A stretch of DNA of 64,000 nucleotides from the NCBI GenBank assembly GCA_977017645.1, contig OZ360225.1, positions 115,692,001 through 115,756,000 on the forward strand. The letters are read 5' to 3'. The position numbers and the translations under genes were made by a program. Position 1 is the first letter of the stretch. The number at the start of each line of letters is the position of its first letter. Origin of the DNA: Torpedo marmorata (Eukaryota). The notes below the pieces were generated by a model that was not told where the DNA came from, searched no databases, and worked only from the letters and a program-made list of their open reading frames with translations. Positions 48,625-61,592 of the stretch are shown here, in pieces.

Positions 48625-48765
48625 ATACACAAACGTGTTGGAGAAACTCAGCAGGTCACGCAGCTGTAAAGGGTAGTAAAATTACCAACGTTTCGGGCCT
48701 GGCTGAGTTTCTCCAACACGTTTGTGTATCGCACTCGACCTCAGCATCTGCTATCTCTCTTGTTT
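48625..48765. mobile_element. Penelope-derived palindromic short element
   Basis: Perfect 28-bp arms at 48625-48652 / 48702-48729. Confidence 0.72.
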
Positions 48766-49107
48766 AATTACACAATTTCTCAGCTTCCCTATATTCACAG
48801 ATGTCTTGCTTTTTAGCTATAACTAAAATAAAAATGTATGAAATAAAAGCTCCTTAGGAATTTAAAGTGGGCCATACATCATGTGAATAACACTGCATAC
48901 GTCCGTTCAGTTATCCAATTCCCTCAAACCCTGCCTCACTTGAACAAAGGCTACGTTGATCTTGAAGATGTGAACAGCAGTGAGTGATACATTACAAACG
49001 TTGTGTCAGTACTATGACAGTTAATTGTCATATACATAACTCCAATGCATTTCATATCTGTTAAACTTTAAATTCTCACATTTGGATTAAGCTATTGGGT
49101 CAGCACT

Positions 49108-49812
49108 TCCAAGATCCAAGATTCAATTTATTATCATAGTAATAAAACAGTGTCATATTACATGAAATTTCTTTTTGCCTGCTGCAAGGCAGACAGATTC
49201 GCCACCGGCAGAAATTGCCTAAGCGCCTCTTACATTTCTTACAGTCTGACTTACAGTCAGAGAAGCAAAAGAGAGTCCCCCAGAGTCACCGAGTGTCCAT
49301 AGATTCGCCTCCAGCGCTTCCGCAGCCTCCACAGCCACACAGAGTCCAGTCCAAACCATTGGCAACACAAGCTCCAGATCCGAACCTCCAACACGTTCAG
49401 GAACCCCCTCGCATCCCGGTTCCGATACCTGGTACTCCTCCAGCCAGATCAACCCAGCCTCCAGCAGTCCGCAGCCTGGCGTGAGTCCCCCGACAGCAGT
49501 CTCCAGCAGCCCTCAGCTTCCGCGGGTTCCTCACCTCGAGTCGCCAGCTGCCCGCCGCATGCACTGGTCCCTCAGCGTCAGAGCCCCTCACTGTTCCGCC
49601 GCCGTGGTCACCGTCCCGTGGGTCGTCTCTCCGCTTCTCCTTCTCAGATGGGGGGGGAGTGATCTTCCCGTCCTCTGGTGCCCTGCTCCAGTCTTCCGCT
49701 TCCCTGGAGTCTGCAGCCCCTCGTGGCTGCTGCGATTAATAGGCTCCACCATCTTGGGTGCAGACCCCGCGGTCGCGGGATCTCAAAAACCACCGTCGAT
49801 GGTTCAAGTGCA
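49108..49812 (-). mobile_element. GC-rich non-autonomous retroelement with a Rex1-type 3' tail
   Basis: No coding homology seen; tail CTGTCTGCCTTGCAGCAGGCAAAAAGAAATTTCATGT...AATAAA then (ATCTTGG)n. Confidence 0.65.
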
Positions 49813-51359
49813 CCAAAGCTTATACACACAGAGTATAAAGTTGTGACAATGTGGGAAAATAATGTCAATTCAGTGTGGGATGGGGAAATTTGTGAATGAA
49901 AAAAATTACTCTGAATAAAATAAATTACTTAAGGGATGAGCGACCAGGTAGCCACAAAACTAAATTTAACCATAGTTGTCGGAAAGTTACCAAAGCTGTA
50001 ATTAGTGATTTAAAAAAAATGAAAGCGAGTTTATTTACAATAATATATTTATGGTGAAAGGTCTTTCCATGTCCGTAGTGTCGTTTTCATATATACACAA
50101 AGGAAATCAGTGCAATTTTTAAACATTCATTGTGTCATATTTGTTTTTACATTCAAATGATGATGTTTATTGTCATACATATTGCACAGTGTACATACGT
50201 TAGCAACAAATTTCTTACTCGGTTCTGCAACCGAACTGGTACTATACAAAAATCATAATAGTATGCTAATTGAATTAAATTTAAGAGACAATAAATACAT
50301 AATACATAAATATTCACTGTAATCCTGGTGCAAAAAAAGTCACTTGCAATAGTGCAGAAGTCCATTCTGTTATTGAACATTGTAGTGTTGGCCATTTATA
50401 GTACCATTGCCACTAACGTGGCCCCTTCAAGGTTATTATCCCTTCTTGTTTGAGGAGCTTCCCCACCAATCTTAGCTGTAAATTAATGATGGGCTAGTTG
50501 AATACTTGGACTAGTATGTGCTGATCAGAGAGAATCATCATGTAATTGAGAAGGGTAGGCCATGCCTGGTTAATTGAGAGTTGCTTTTGAGGAGGTCACG
50601 AGCATGGTGAATAGGAAAGCAGTGGTTGTGGATGTCCAAAAGGCTCTGCACAAACACAAAAAAAGCACTTGGAATTAGAAGTAATCTTATGATATAGATT
50701 GGCAATAGGCAAAGAGAATAAGATTACAGGAATGCATTTACTTGGCCTTTGGTTTTCCACCCTATCTATCAATAAATGAGATTAAGATAACTATGTTGAT
50801 AGTGTACTGTTGGGAGGAATTGTTAGTTATTTGAATGTGAGTCGGAAGCTGTAATTGAACATGCCCCTGAGATGGGCTTTGAGAGGAAACATGGATAGAT
50901 TGAATTGGCAAATTGAAATAAAATGTATTTAAGAACATTAGAGTCTAAGAAATAGTGGGTTCTAAGAAAGAAGAATTGCATTTATAGCTCCACCAGTCTC
51001 TTCCACCATTCAATAAAATCATATCTGATCTTCACCTTACCTCCACTTTACTGTCAGTTTCTTATAACACTTTATTCCCCTTTTGTCCAACAGATGTCTG
51101 CCTCAGCCTTGAATATATTGAATGAATTAGATTGCACAGGTCCCTGGAGTGGAGAATTCAAAGTATTTGTGACCCTCAATTACTTCTCATCTCCTAAAAT
51201 ACAAATTTCCTCCTCCACTGTATTCTGAAACAATGCCACTAGTCCTAGACTTCCCCACATTGTGGAACATCCTTTCACTATTTATACGATCAAACCCATT
51301 CAGAATCTTCTGTGTTTCAATGAGATCACTGAGCTAGTCCATCCTGCTCAACTTTATTT

Positions 51360-52090
51360 TGTTTCCAAAAATAAACTATATTCACAATAAAAATATATAC
51401 CATGCAAAGACTTTTCACATTCTAAGTGTTATATTCCAATATATATTTTGTTTCTGTACATTGCAGCATTAACCATCAATTATACTACATAGCACCATTG
51501 CCATTAATGCACCCCCTGGGATTACACCCTCTTCATTTATTTGAGGAGCTTTCCCACAATTCCCAGTAGCAGAAGGTCACAAGACTGTGTCCCTTCCCCA
51601 CAAAGTCTTTGCATTGGCTGCACTAAGCTTCAGTGTGTTCCAACTTCCTCAACATGTACACTTGCAGCCTGGGTTGTGCCAGTCAGCAGCAATCTTTCAC
51701 TGACATCTCACTGTGCTGGAAGACCAACAAGTTTCAGGCAGACCAAAGGGTTTTGAATCGAGTTGATGATCTTCTGGCAGCACTGGATGTCTATCTCTGC
51801 GTGCATCCCTGGGAACAGCCCGTAGGTCAGAGAGCCCTCCATTTCACTGCTTCTGGGGATGAACCATGACAATGGCTCTCATATCATCCTTCTTTACACA
51901 TTCTTAGCAAATCCACAGACTGCAAAGCGGTGGACAACTGTCTCCTCTCCATCACAGTCATTTTGATGGTAATGTGTATTGGGGGCAATATTCTGGCTGC
52001 ACAGGAAGTACCTCTCACTGCCAGCCAGCTCAGGTTCTTTTAGTGTTAGATGCAAAATAATTATTCAAAGTCTCTGCCATTTCCATATTT
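51360..52090 (-). mobile_element. Tx1-type LINE 3' end, decayed
   Basis: Minus strand gives LWSA*NLLVFQHSEMSVKDCC, a Tx1 ORF2 C-terminal pattern; related piece at about 50340-50460. Confidence 0.6.
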
Positions 52091-52114
52091 CTTTTCTTAA
52101 TGAATTCCCTAGTG

Positions 52115-52337
52115 CAGTCATTCTCAACCTTTTTTGGCTATGGCCCCCTAAGGACACTGCTCAAAGTTTATGGGCCCCCTTTCCGGTGAAGCAGTCATGT
52201 TTAGTTGGTTTCTTTCATACTTCTCTCCTATCGACTACATAAAAACATAAAAGATATATTATGATTTCAGTCTGTGGCCCCCTTAAATGTGCTGGGGCCC
52301 CAGAGGGGGGTCATGTGGCCCCCATTGAGAATGGCTG
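52115..52337. mobile_element. hAT (Charlie-like) MITE, same family as 20905-21143 in opposite orientation
   Basis: TIRs CAGTCATTCTCAA / TTGAGAATGGCTG and shared internal sequence. Confidence 0.82.
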
Positions 52338-52534
52338 TGGCCTTGTGTTTACTTCAGCTGCTCTTCCTTTTTGTATACTCGCAAAAGTTCTTACTATGTT
52401 TTTTATGTTTCTTGCTAGTTTCTTGCTAGTTTAATCTCACAATTTATTTTCTTCCACTTCTATTTTTAGTCCTTAGCTGGTTTCTAACATTTTTCCAGAC
52501 TTATTTTATAATTTGATTTTAATTTAATTTTTAA

Positions 52535-52685
52535 TTTAGAGATACATCACGACCTATGAGCCTGCGCTGCCCAAATACATCCATGTGACGAATTAACCCA
52601 CCAACCCATTGTCTTTGGAACGTGGGAGGAAACCGGAGCAGCTGGAGGAAACCCGTGCGGTCATGGGGAGAACATACAAGCTCCT
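52535..52685 (-). mobile_element. V-SINE fragment
   Basis: GTGGGAGGAAACCGGAGCAGCTGGAGGAAACCC core. Confidence 0.72.
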
Positions 52686-55600
52686 TCTGGCCTATCATAA
52701 AACCTCTCATTGCATGCCTTTTCTTTCAATTAGATACTGCCCTTAATTTATTTAGTCTAAAATGGTTTGTCCTTCTCATCGAGGCTTCAAGTCTTAGTTT
52801 TAAGTAAAGACATATTCCACTATGAATTACCCCCTTCAATGTCTGTCATTGACTATCTATCATCTTTCTTTTTAAAAAGAGAAGGAGAGAGAAATTAGAT
52901 AACCAGACTACCTATTTTATTGTGGGGAGCTATGATATCTTCTAGTTTGGATCTAAGAACAACAAATCAGAACATTTTCTAAATAATGAGGAACTACCAG
53001 AATGTTGGCCTTAACCTTCAGGAAATGATAATAAAGAAGTATGGTCGACAGTTATCCAGAGCCTGCATTCAGTTTGGATACAAGTTGATCCTAAAGATGT
53101 TTCATCTTGGAGGACAGTGTCCATTCCAGAATGAGTGGAGTTAAAAGGATTAAATTATGAAGAGAGGTCACAATGAAAACTTGGCTTCCACTTCTTTGTA
53201 TTTAGTTGGTTAATGAGCGAGGAAATCAAGATCTTAATATTGATAAGAGAATTTGAAAGAGTTCAAACATAGAAACTATTTTGTCTAGAGAAGCATTGAT
53301 GAGGATGATCTTAAAATTAGAAGTGAAATCAGGAAATACTTTGTCAAGGTATTGGTAAAGGAAATCCAAAAGTCTTGCTTAAAAAGTTATTGATGCTGTA
53401 GCAATTGACCTCTTCAAAACTTGATCAATATACTTTTATGTATTAGAGCAAAATATAAAACATGCATTGATGGATCTTGGTAAAATATTGGATGATAAGA
53501 TAGAATAATTGTTCCTGGAACTAACATGTAAATGATGGAACTGATCTGATAATAAGCAGCACTGAAATGGCAACGTTGGGTTTTTAGTAGAAAAGGGAAT
53601 TATTACAAATATAAGCTGATTTTTTAGGGAAAGGAAAAGTAATTGAAATGAATTGACTCAAAGGCATTTTGAGGGATTAAACACACGAATGAAATGTGTA
53701 TCATCTTTGGAAATACCATGCAGAGTACAGAGCTGTAACATACCACAGGGGAAAGGGATTGCAGAGAAATTTCTAATGCAGGAGATTGTGAAAATAATGC
53801 AGGAATGAGAGGGGAAGAATACTTTTAAAGTTCTTTATATCAATAATGTGGGGTCATGGCCTGGCATAAGCAGCATAATAAAAAACAACATAAATAAATA
53901 GCTTAAAATGGCTAAAGATACATTTCTTTTTTTTGTTCCCAGGTTCACATTTCAGTACTAACAGAATTTCTCCAGTAAGTGGAATCAGACAAATTCATGA
54001 AATAAATATATTTACCAGCAAAGAAATCCTGACAAACAAAGGAACAAGGCTGGGATGGCTGGCAAAATCAATCTATGGTGAATCAGTGAAAAAGGCAATC
54101 AAAGGAGACTGTGTAGATTTGATACAATATTTACAGCGAGTGATAGGTAACTGTCAGTTTTGGAGATTAGGTGAACAGCCGAGATCATAATATCCTGCAC
54201 TTTCCCATGTTTTTGTCCACAATTTTTGAAGTGATGGCTTTAAGTCCACGAGACCTGGAATGTAAAGAGCAAACTGCTGCAGGAACTCAGCGAGTCAAGC
54301 AGCAAAGGTCTAGTTAACATTTCAGGTTGAGATGCTGCATGAGTACTGCTTGACCTGCTGAGTTCCTCCATTGATATTTTGCCACATATTACAGCACCTG
54401 CAGTCTCTTGTGTCTCCAATCCTGGAATGTAGGCCATTTAAGGAATAGGCTGACTATCAGGAAGTTTTCCTGTACATTTTGTGGAGATGGGCTCTCATTT
54501 TTAACTGATAATTAGCAATGCAAATTATGAAACATATCTTATGCTAGGTAGATGCCTCACATACCAGGGAATAGTTGATTAATAGTTTGGTGCTCAGTCT
54601 GAGAAATAATTGGGATCATCTTGTTGTTCTATTAATGTAGAAGTGAGTATTTTAAAGCTCTTTATTGCAAGACTCAACCTCACTAAGTTTGTATTGCTCC
54701 ATGTTCAGTGCTATCAGGAAAATTAGTGAAGAAATATGCAAGTTATTATGTGAATTGTGAAGCTTGGTTATTTAATTCAGTTGTGCAGATCTCCTGCAAA
54801 AGCTTAATTTATACATTTTAATAGGATTGATTCTAAATGTTTAGCCTTAGAAATGCAGCACAAGGGCTGTTATTCTTTACCTATCCAAAGATCCACTAGA
54901 ACTAGATGACTAACTCTCCATAAAGATTAGTTGAACAGATTGTGAAATTTCTAGTTATGAAATAAGAATAGATTTTATTTCCATTGGCTTAGGCAATGCT
55001 TCACTTGCAAATGTGTCCACAAGGTGAGATTTTAGTTTTGAAAATGAATTCACACACAGCTTGGAGCTGAATATAAGTGAATTACCTGGTAGGATTCTGA
55101 AAATAATATCTACTTTCTATGTATCCTCCTGGTAACTTGGGTTCAACCTTTCACTATTTCATGGTTCATTGTAATTTCTCAGACCACCAAATAGCCTAAG
55201 CTGATTCTTCTCAAACTGATGGAGTACTGGGAGGTAGCTGTGTATAGTTCTGGAAGGTCAAACAGTTTTAGACATCAGGTGATATGATAACACATTATTG
55301 AGATAAGGACAACAATCTCTGTAATTGTAGAAATATATACCGTACTCAACCACTTTGACTCAATACTGCTCTCTTATGTGTACTGCACAAATATCTGATG
55401 GGTTTGTATGAAGACATAAAGCATTGGAAGAAGGAGAGGTGCCTCCAGCAATCAAATCTAGTTTTCTGGTACAGCATGCTTGACGCAATAGAAAAAGAAG
55501 CCAAGTATTGCCAGATATTGGTCAGCAGGATTAAGATTGATAACATAAGAAGATAAGAAATAGGAGCGAGAGTTGGCCATCTGGCCCATTGAGCCTTCTC

Positions 55601-55878
55601 TGCCATTTAATAAGACCATAGCTGATCTGGCCATGGACTCAGCTCCACCTACTCCATTTCTATAAGGCTACTAAATCATACCCCTTTGTACTGATTTGTG
55701 CCATAAGTTCATTGACTTTGTTTTGAATACTCAGGGCCTTCAGATAAACTGCCCTTACACTCATTGCCCTTTTACAATCCAATAATCTATGTTCCTTTTA
55801 CATTTGACATTTCTGTATCTTTTTCTTTTTTAACATTTGCTTTTGTCTCTGCATTGCTTCCCTCTGTCTTTCTGCATA

Positions 55879-56584
55879 CCGTATATTTCGGCGTATAAGT
55901 CGACCCTTGAAACCCTCAAAAATGTCTCAAAAAACGGGGGTCGACTTATACACCGGATATACTTTTGAGACCTTAAAATCAGCTCAAAATCCAGTTCACG
56001 CCGATTCGGCGTATAAGTCGACCCATGAAAAACCGATTCGGCGTATAGGTCGACGCTGGAAGCACCTCCCCACCGCCGGCGCCGCCGCTCCCCGACACCT
56101 CCCCAATGCCGGGCACCGCCATAAACCACCCAGACATTCTACAATTGTAGAGTCCGAGGTCCCCGCTCCTGCCCGGGAGAAAGACGTCCCCGCTCCTGCT
56201 CGGGAGAACGAGCTCCCCGCTACTGCTCGGGAGAACGAGCTCCCCGCTCCTGCTCGGGAGAACGAGCTCCCCGCTCCTGCTCGGGAGAAAGACGTCGCCG
56301 CACCTGCTCGGGAGAAAGACGTCGCCACACCTGCATCTTCCCGGCCAGAAGCAAAGGTTTTTTTTACTGTTTTTTTTTTAACTTACCGGTACTTGCTTAA
56401 TTTACAGCTTTGTTACTTGGCGATTGGGGTGTTGTAACAAATTTTGGGTTGTTGCTGGGAGGCCCGGACAGCCTGAAAATTGGGGGTCGACTTATACGCC
56501 GGATATACCATAAAACCATTAAAATGAGGCTGAAAAAGGGGGGTCGACTTATCTGCCGGTCGACTTATACGCCGAAATATACGG
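55879..56584. mobile_element. MITE derived from the pogo element at 59725
   Basis: Identical 27-bp TIR CCGTATATTTCGGCGTATAAGTCGACC, TA TSD, shared subterminal repeats. Confidence 0.95.
56159..56335 (+). repeat. 27-bp GC-rich minisatellite, about 6.5 units, inside the MITE
   Basis: Unit (G/C)TCCCCGCTCCTGCTCGGGAGAA(C/A)GA(G/C). Confidence 0.92.
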
Positions 56585-57257
56585 TAGATTTCCATCCCCC
56601 TGCTATATTAGTTTAAACCCTCTCCAACAACACTAACAGTTTCTGTAGTTCAATCTCATTAATATAAAATGTAATTACTCAGTCTTTCCATTTTAATTTT
56701 CATCTCACCCTGTTTTTTGGTAAATGCTTTAAATTTTTATGTTTCAGTTGTAGTCATCTGTTTAGTGAGTGTAACATCCACAAATAATTACGGTAATAAA
56801 AACTGGGAATTTTCCTGCTGCTGAATTTAAAACAATATCATCTGTTCTTTCTTGTTTGAAACAGAAACTGGAAAACATGTCACCACTGTCTTCAGGAAAA
56901 AAAAACATTCACAATTGAAACTATTACACTAATGCAGAATATACACAAAGTTTTGACTTTGCAAATTATTGGTAACGTTTCTTAACTTTCTGACCATCCA
57001 TTTGTTTCCTGAAACTTGGAATTGGATTGGAAAGTTGTGTATTTTTGATGGTCTGTCTTAAATTCCATCCCATCTGGATTTTGCACTGATAGGTGTCCTT
57101 TTCCAACCTGGATTTTTGGGATATCAGCTTAATTAATTAATTTTATTTGTTGTTTACAGCCCTGATTTTTTAAAATATTAATGATGAAAGATATTAATGC
57201 TGACATGTGCATAGAGGTTGGTTTTTTTTTTTACCATTATCATGTTCAGTATTTAAA

Positions 57258-58500
57258 TGATAGGTGGAGAAGGGAGGGAGGGGACAGCAGTGATCAGGGG
57301 GAGGAAGGATGGCTGGGTGGGTGGAGGGGGAAGGGAGGGGGAGAACTGGAAAAACGGGAAAGGGGGAGGGGAAAAAAAGGCGAGCAGGTTAGCAGAAAGC
57401 AGAGAAGTCAATGTTAATGCCATCTGGCTGGAGAGTGCCCTGACGGAAAATAAGGTGTTGTTCCTCCAATCTACGCCTGCCTGTTTGTGGGCTTTGTGGA
57501 GCAATCCATGCTACAAGCCTACACAGGCAAGACCCCTCAACTCTTCCTCCAGTATATCGACGACTACATCGGGACTTCGTCATGCACCCGCGATGAGTTT
57601 GTCAACTTTATCCACTTCGCGGCCAACTTCCACCCCGATCTCAAACTCACCTGGTCCATCTCTGACAACACTCTCCCCTTCCTGGATCTCTCTGTCTTCA
57701 TCTCAGGAGACAAGCTTTCCACCGACATTTACTACAAACCCTCCAACTCACACAACTACCTTGACTACACTTCCTCACACTCTGTCCCCTGCAAGGATTC
57801 CATCTCCTTCTCTCAATTTCTCCGTCTCCGCCGCATCTGTTCCCAAGATGAGGCCTTCCAGTCCAGATCTTCCAAAATGTCTGCCTTCTTCCACAAACGT
57901 GGCTTCCCCTTCACCACCATCGACTCAGCCCTCACCCGCATCTCCTCCATTTACCGCTCATCTGCCCTGGCCCCCTCTGCCCCCAGACGCAACACACATA
58001 GAATCCCCCTCATCCTCACCTACCACCCCTCCAGCCTCCGCATCCAACACATTATCCGCCGGAATTTCCGGCACTTACTGCAGGATCCCACTACCAGACA
58101 CATTTTCCCTTCTCCTCCCCTCTCAGCCTTCCACAGGGACTGCTCCCTCCGTGATTCCCTCGTGCACTCATCCCTCCCTACCCATCGCACCCCCGGCACC
58201 TTCCCCTGTGGCCACAGGAGGTGCAACACTTGCGCCCACATCTCCTCCCTCACCACGGTTCAGGGCCCCAAACAGGCCTTTCAAGTGAAGCAACACTTCA
58301 CTTGTATATCCACAGGACTGATTTACTGCATCCGGTGCTCCCTTTGTGGCCTTCTCTACATCGGAGAGACCGGTCGCAGATTGGGAGATCGCTTTGCTGA
58401 GCACCTCCTCTCTGTCCGCAACAACAGCGACCTCCCAGTAGCCAACCATTTCAATTCTGAGTCACACTCCCACACTCACATGTCTGTCCATGGCCTTATG
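57258..58500 (+). mobile_element. Penelope-like element: 5'-truncated RT/GIY-YIG body (from about 57470) preceded by an inverted 3' end
   Basis: YIDD, LPFLD, IYYKP, LIYCIRC..C.LLYIGET.R.L..RF.EH; minus strand at 57389-57475 gives RRLEEQHLIFR.GTLQPDGIN. Confidence 0.93.
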
Positions 58501-59724
58501 CAACTACTGAAGTAGATTAGCTGATCATTCTAATGGTACTATTTGTGGAATTTGACTTCTGCATTTCCTTCATTATATAGTGACTCTTGTAAAGTACTTT
58601 GTGACTTCCTAAGAGAGACGTAAATGAATGCAATTTTTCACCAATATCTTCCCCTTCATAGTTTTAGTTACCTTGATTGAATTAAACCTCCTCCCTCTGT
58701 CCCTGCTTAACTTAAAGACCATGCTTTATCTTGACACGCTGTCTGCATTGCCACAGGAAATCGTATTTATGTGTCTTGAATATACTATTACAAGTAATTG
58801 TTTATATACCATTAATAGTTGGAATTTTGATCAAGTTTTACGTTCAATCTGATTTTATTTATGCCTGTTTGGTATTTGCTCCATTGTTTATTTTCAGCTT
58901 AAATATTTAAAATTTAAATTTATTTCTTAACAGTGTTTGCACATTTATGTAAGCATCTGGTCACATCATGTCTTTTTTCTTCTGTTTTGGATGCACTACA
59001 CGCTTGTGAAACCTTGTCCATGTCCAGTTGACTCAAGTTTTCCATGACAAATCCATTTATTTGGAACATTTGAGCTTATTTTATGGTTAGAACTTTTATA
59101 TGATTTAACCACAAGCCAATCTATGTATAAAGCCTTCTGTTTGAACAAATAATTTACAAAATGTTGTTAGTTCTATGCCATATCTCCAAAGTCCTCATTC
59201 CCCTGATCTTTCAAAACTTTATCTACCTTTACTTTAGATATTTATAATGAGCTACCCTCCACAACTCTCTGTGCCAGACAATTCCAGAGATTCACCACTC
59301 TTTGTGAGAAGAAATTTCCAAGTACCTCATATGTAGATGACTAGCTTTTCATCTTGAAACCATTCCAACCCCCCCCACCCACCCCCTGTTCAAGATTTTC
59401 TCTCTCTCATGAAAACATCTCATCTACCCTTAAGACCTTGCATGTTTCAATAAGATCACCCCTCATTCTTCAAAACTTCAAAGAATATAGACCTCACCGT
59501 TTAACCTCTGTTGATAGAACAATCCTTTCATCCCAGGAACTAGCCTGGTGAATCTCTTTTGGTCTACCTCCAATACTGCTATATCCTTTTTTAGTTCCTC
59601 AAGTATTTGTGTGTTTCTGCAGTATTCCATATGCAGCTTCACCAAAAATTATAACAAAATGTCCCTATTTTTAAACTCCAAAGCTTTGCAATGAAAGTCA
59701 TTATGCTACTTGCCCTCCTAACTA

Positions 59725-61592
59725 CCGTATATTTCGGCGTATAAGTCGACCCTTGAAACCCTCAAAAATGTCTCAAAAAACGGGGGTCGACTTATACGCC
59801 GGATATACTTTTGAGACCTTAAAATCAGCTCAAAATCCAGTCCACGCCGATTCGGCGTATAAGTCGACCCTTGAAAACACGATTCGGCGTATAAGTCGAC
59901 CCTTGAAAACACAATTCGGCGTATAAGTCGACCCTTGAAAAACCAAAAAAAAACCCGACTGCAACAAATTTTCATTGACATTTTTATTGAAAACAACAAG
60001 ACATTTAGAACCCTTCAAAATCACTTTCGCTATCATCGTCTGAGGCAAAGATCTCGGCAAGCACATCCGGGGTCTCACTGTTTAAACAGTCATCGTACGG
60101 GTCCCAGTCTGTATCTGATGAGGCGGCTTCAGCTTCGTCGTCAGTGTCCCACAATAAATCATCTTCCGTACCATCAATTGCACAAGAGATACCACACTTT
60201 TTAAATGATTTTATTATAGTCTCTACTTTCACTTTGTCCCATGCCTTGAGCACGAAGTCACACAGCACATCAAGCGATGCAGCACGCATTGCCCCGCCTT
60301 TTGTAAATGATTTTTCTGCACTCGACATCCATGTATTCCACTCTTCACGCACGTGGTCTTTGAATGGCTTGTTCAAGCAGACATCGAGAGGTTGCAATAT
60401 AGACGTCAAACCACCTGGGATAACCGCCATGTAAGTATTATATTATGCTAATCTACTTTTAGTGTTCTCAGTTAAGTGGCTACGAAACATATCCCAGACC
60501 AGCAGACTCCGTTCCTTGCGTAAACCGCCTGGCCGCCTGTTCCACACATTGTCTATCCATAGTTTTACACCATTTTCATCCATCCATCCTTTTTCATGAA
60601 AATGTACAAAAATACCTGCTGGGAAATTTATTTTAGGTTTAAGTTTGCGTTTGAAGATTACCATGGGTCTTAACTTTGTCCCGTCGGCCATGCACGATAA
60701 CACCACGGTAAACCTGGTCCTTTCATGTCCTGTACTCCTCGTTTGCACAGTTTTCACACCTTTCCATTCCACTGTTCTATTGCCTATCATGTCAAAATTC
60801 ATGGGGGTTTCGTCCATGTTTCCAATATTTGCCAATGCAAACTTGTGTTTCTGCGGTTACGTATAATAAACTAGTGAAAACTTACAACTTTATGATCAAG
60901 ATCTTTTGGTAGTTTCTGAGCAATTTTAGTTTTTTGTCGTAATACCAGATTTTTCCTGTTCATGAAACGGTTGCACCAGCCTACTGTAGCTTCAAAATCA
61001 TTACTGAGTTCTGGGTGTGACTTTGCCCACTTCAGTGCAAATGTTCTTATTTTATTTTGGGTGATGATGTAGCAATCTTGCCTCTGTTCACGTACCCATG
61101 CTGCAACATGATTTTCCAACTCTGGCCAACGAGTGATTCCTCTTCTCTTCGAACATTGCCTTTTTGGTATTTTTCTTAAAGTATCTTCTTTCTTCCTCCA
61201 ATCTCTTACCAACTTCTCATATATATCAAATTTTCTTGCAGCAGCTCAGTTGTTGGTTTTCTTGGCCATTTCTATAACTTTTAATTTAAAACTCGCCTCA
61301 TACTTTCGTCGTTTCAATTGAGCCTCCATGATAACAATCACCTCCAGCCAACGCCCAGCAGCTCAATCAGCGTGATCGTTGTGGGTCGACCTATACGCCG
61401 GTCAACACCCAGTAGCTCAATCCTCGCGATTTTTGGGGGTTGACTTATACGCCGGTCAATGCGCAACATCTCAGGCATCGCGATTTTTTTGGGATCGACT
61501 TATACACCGGATATACCATAAAACCATTAAAATGAGGCTGAAAAAGGGGGGTCGACTTATCTGCCGGTCGACTTATACGCCGAAATATACGG
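59725..61592 (-). mobile_element. Full-length pogo (POGK/Passer-like) DNA transposon
   Basis: 27-bp TIRs, TA TSD at 59723-59724 and 61593-61594, repeated GTCGACTTATACGCCG subterminal motifs. Confidence 0.96.
60005..61329 (-). pseudogene. pogo transposase (HTH + CENP-B-type HTH + DDD) with stops and frameshifts
   Basis: MEAQLKRRKYEASFKLKV..., WPELE, GWCNRFM, NMDETP, LVWDMF, LQPLDV, acidic tail ending DFEGF. Confidence 0.92.

Noticed and set aside
55907-56437. 176-aa repeat protein ORF
   Set aside because: It lies inside a MITE and stays open only because the minisatellite unit is 27 bp; TTG start.
59740-59940. CRISPR-like array of GATTCGGCGTATAAGTCGACCC repeats
   Set aside because: No unique spacers, eukaryotic context; these are subterminal repeats of the pogo element.
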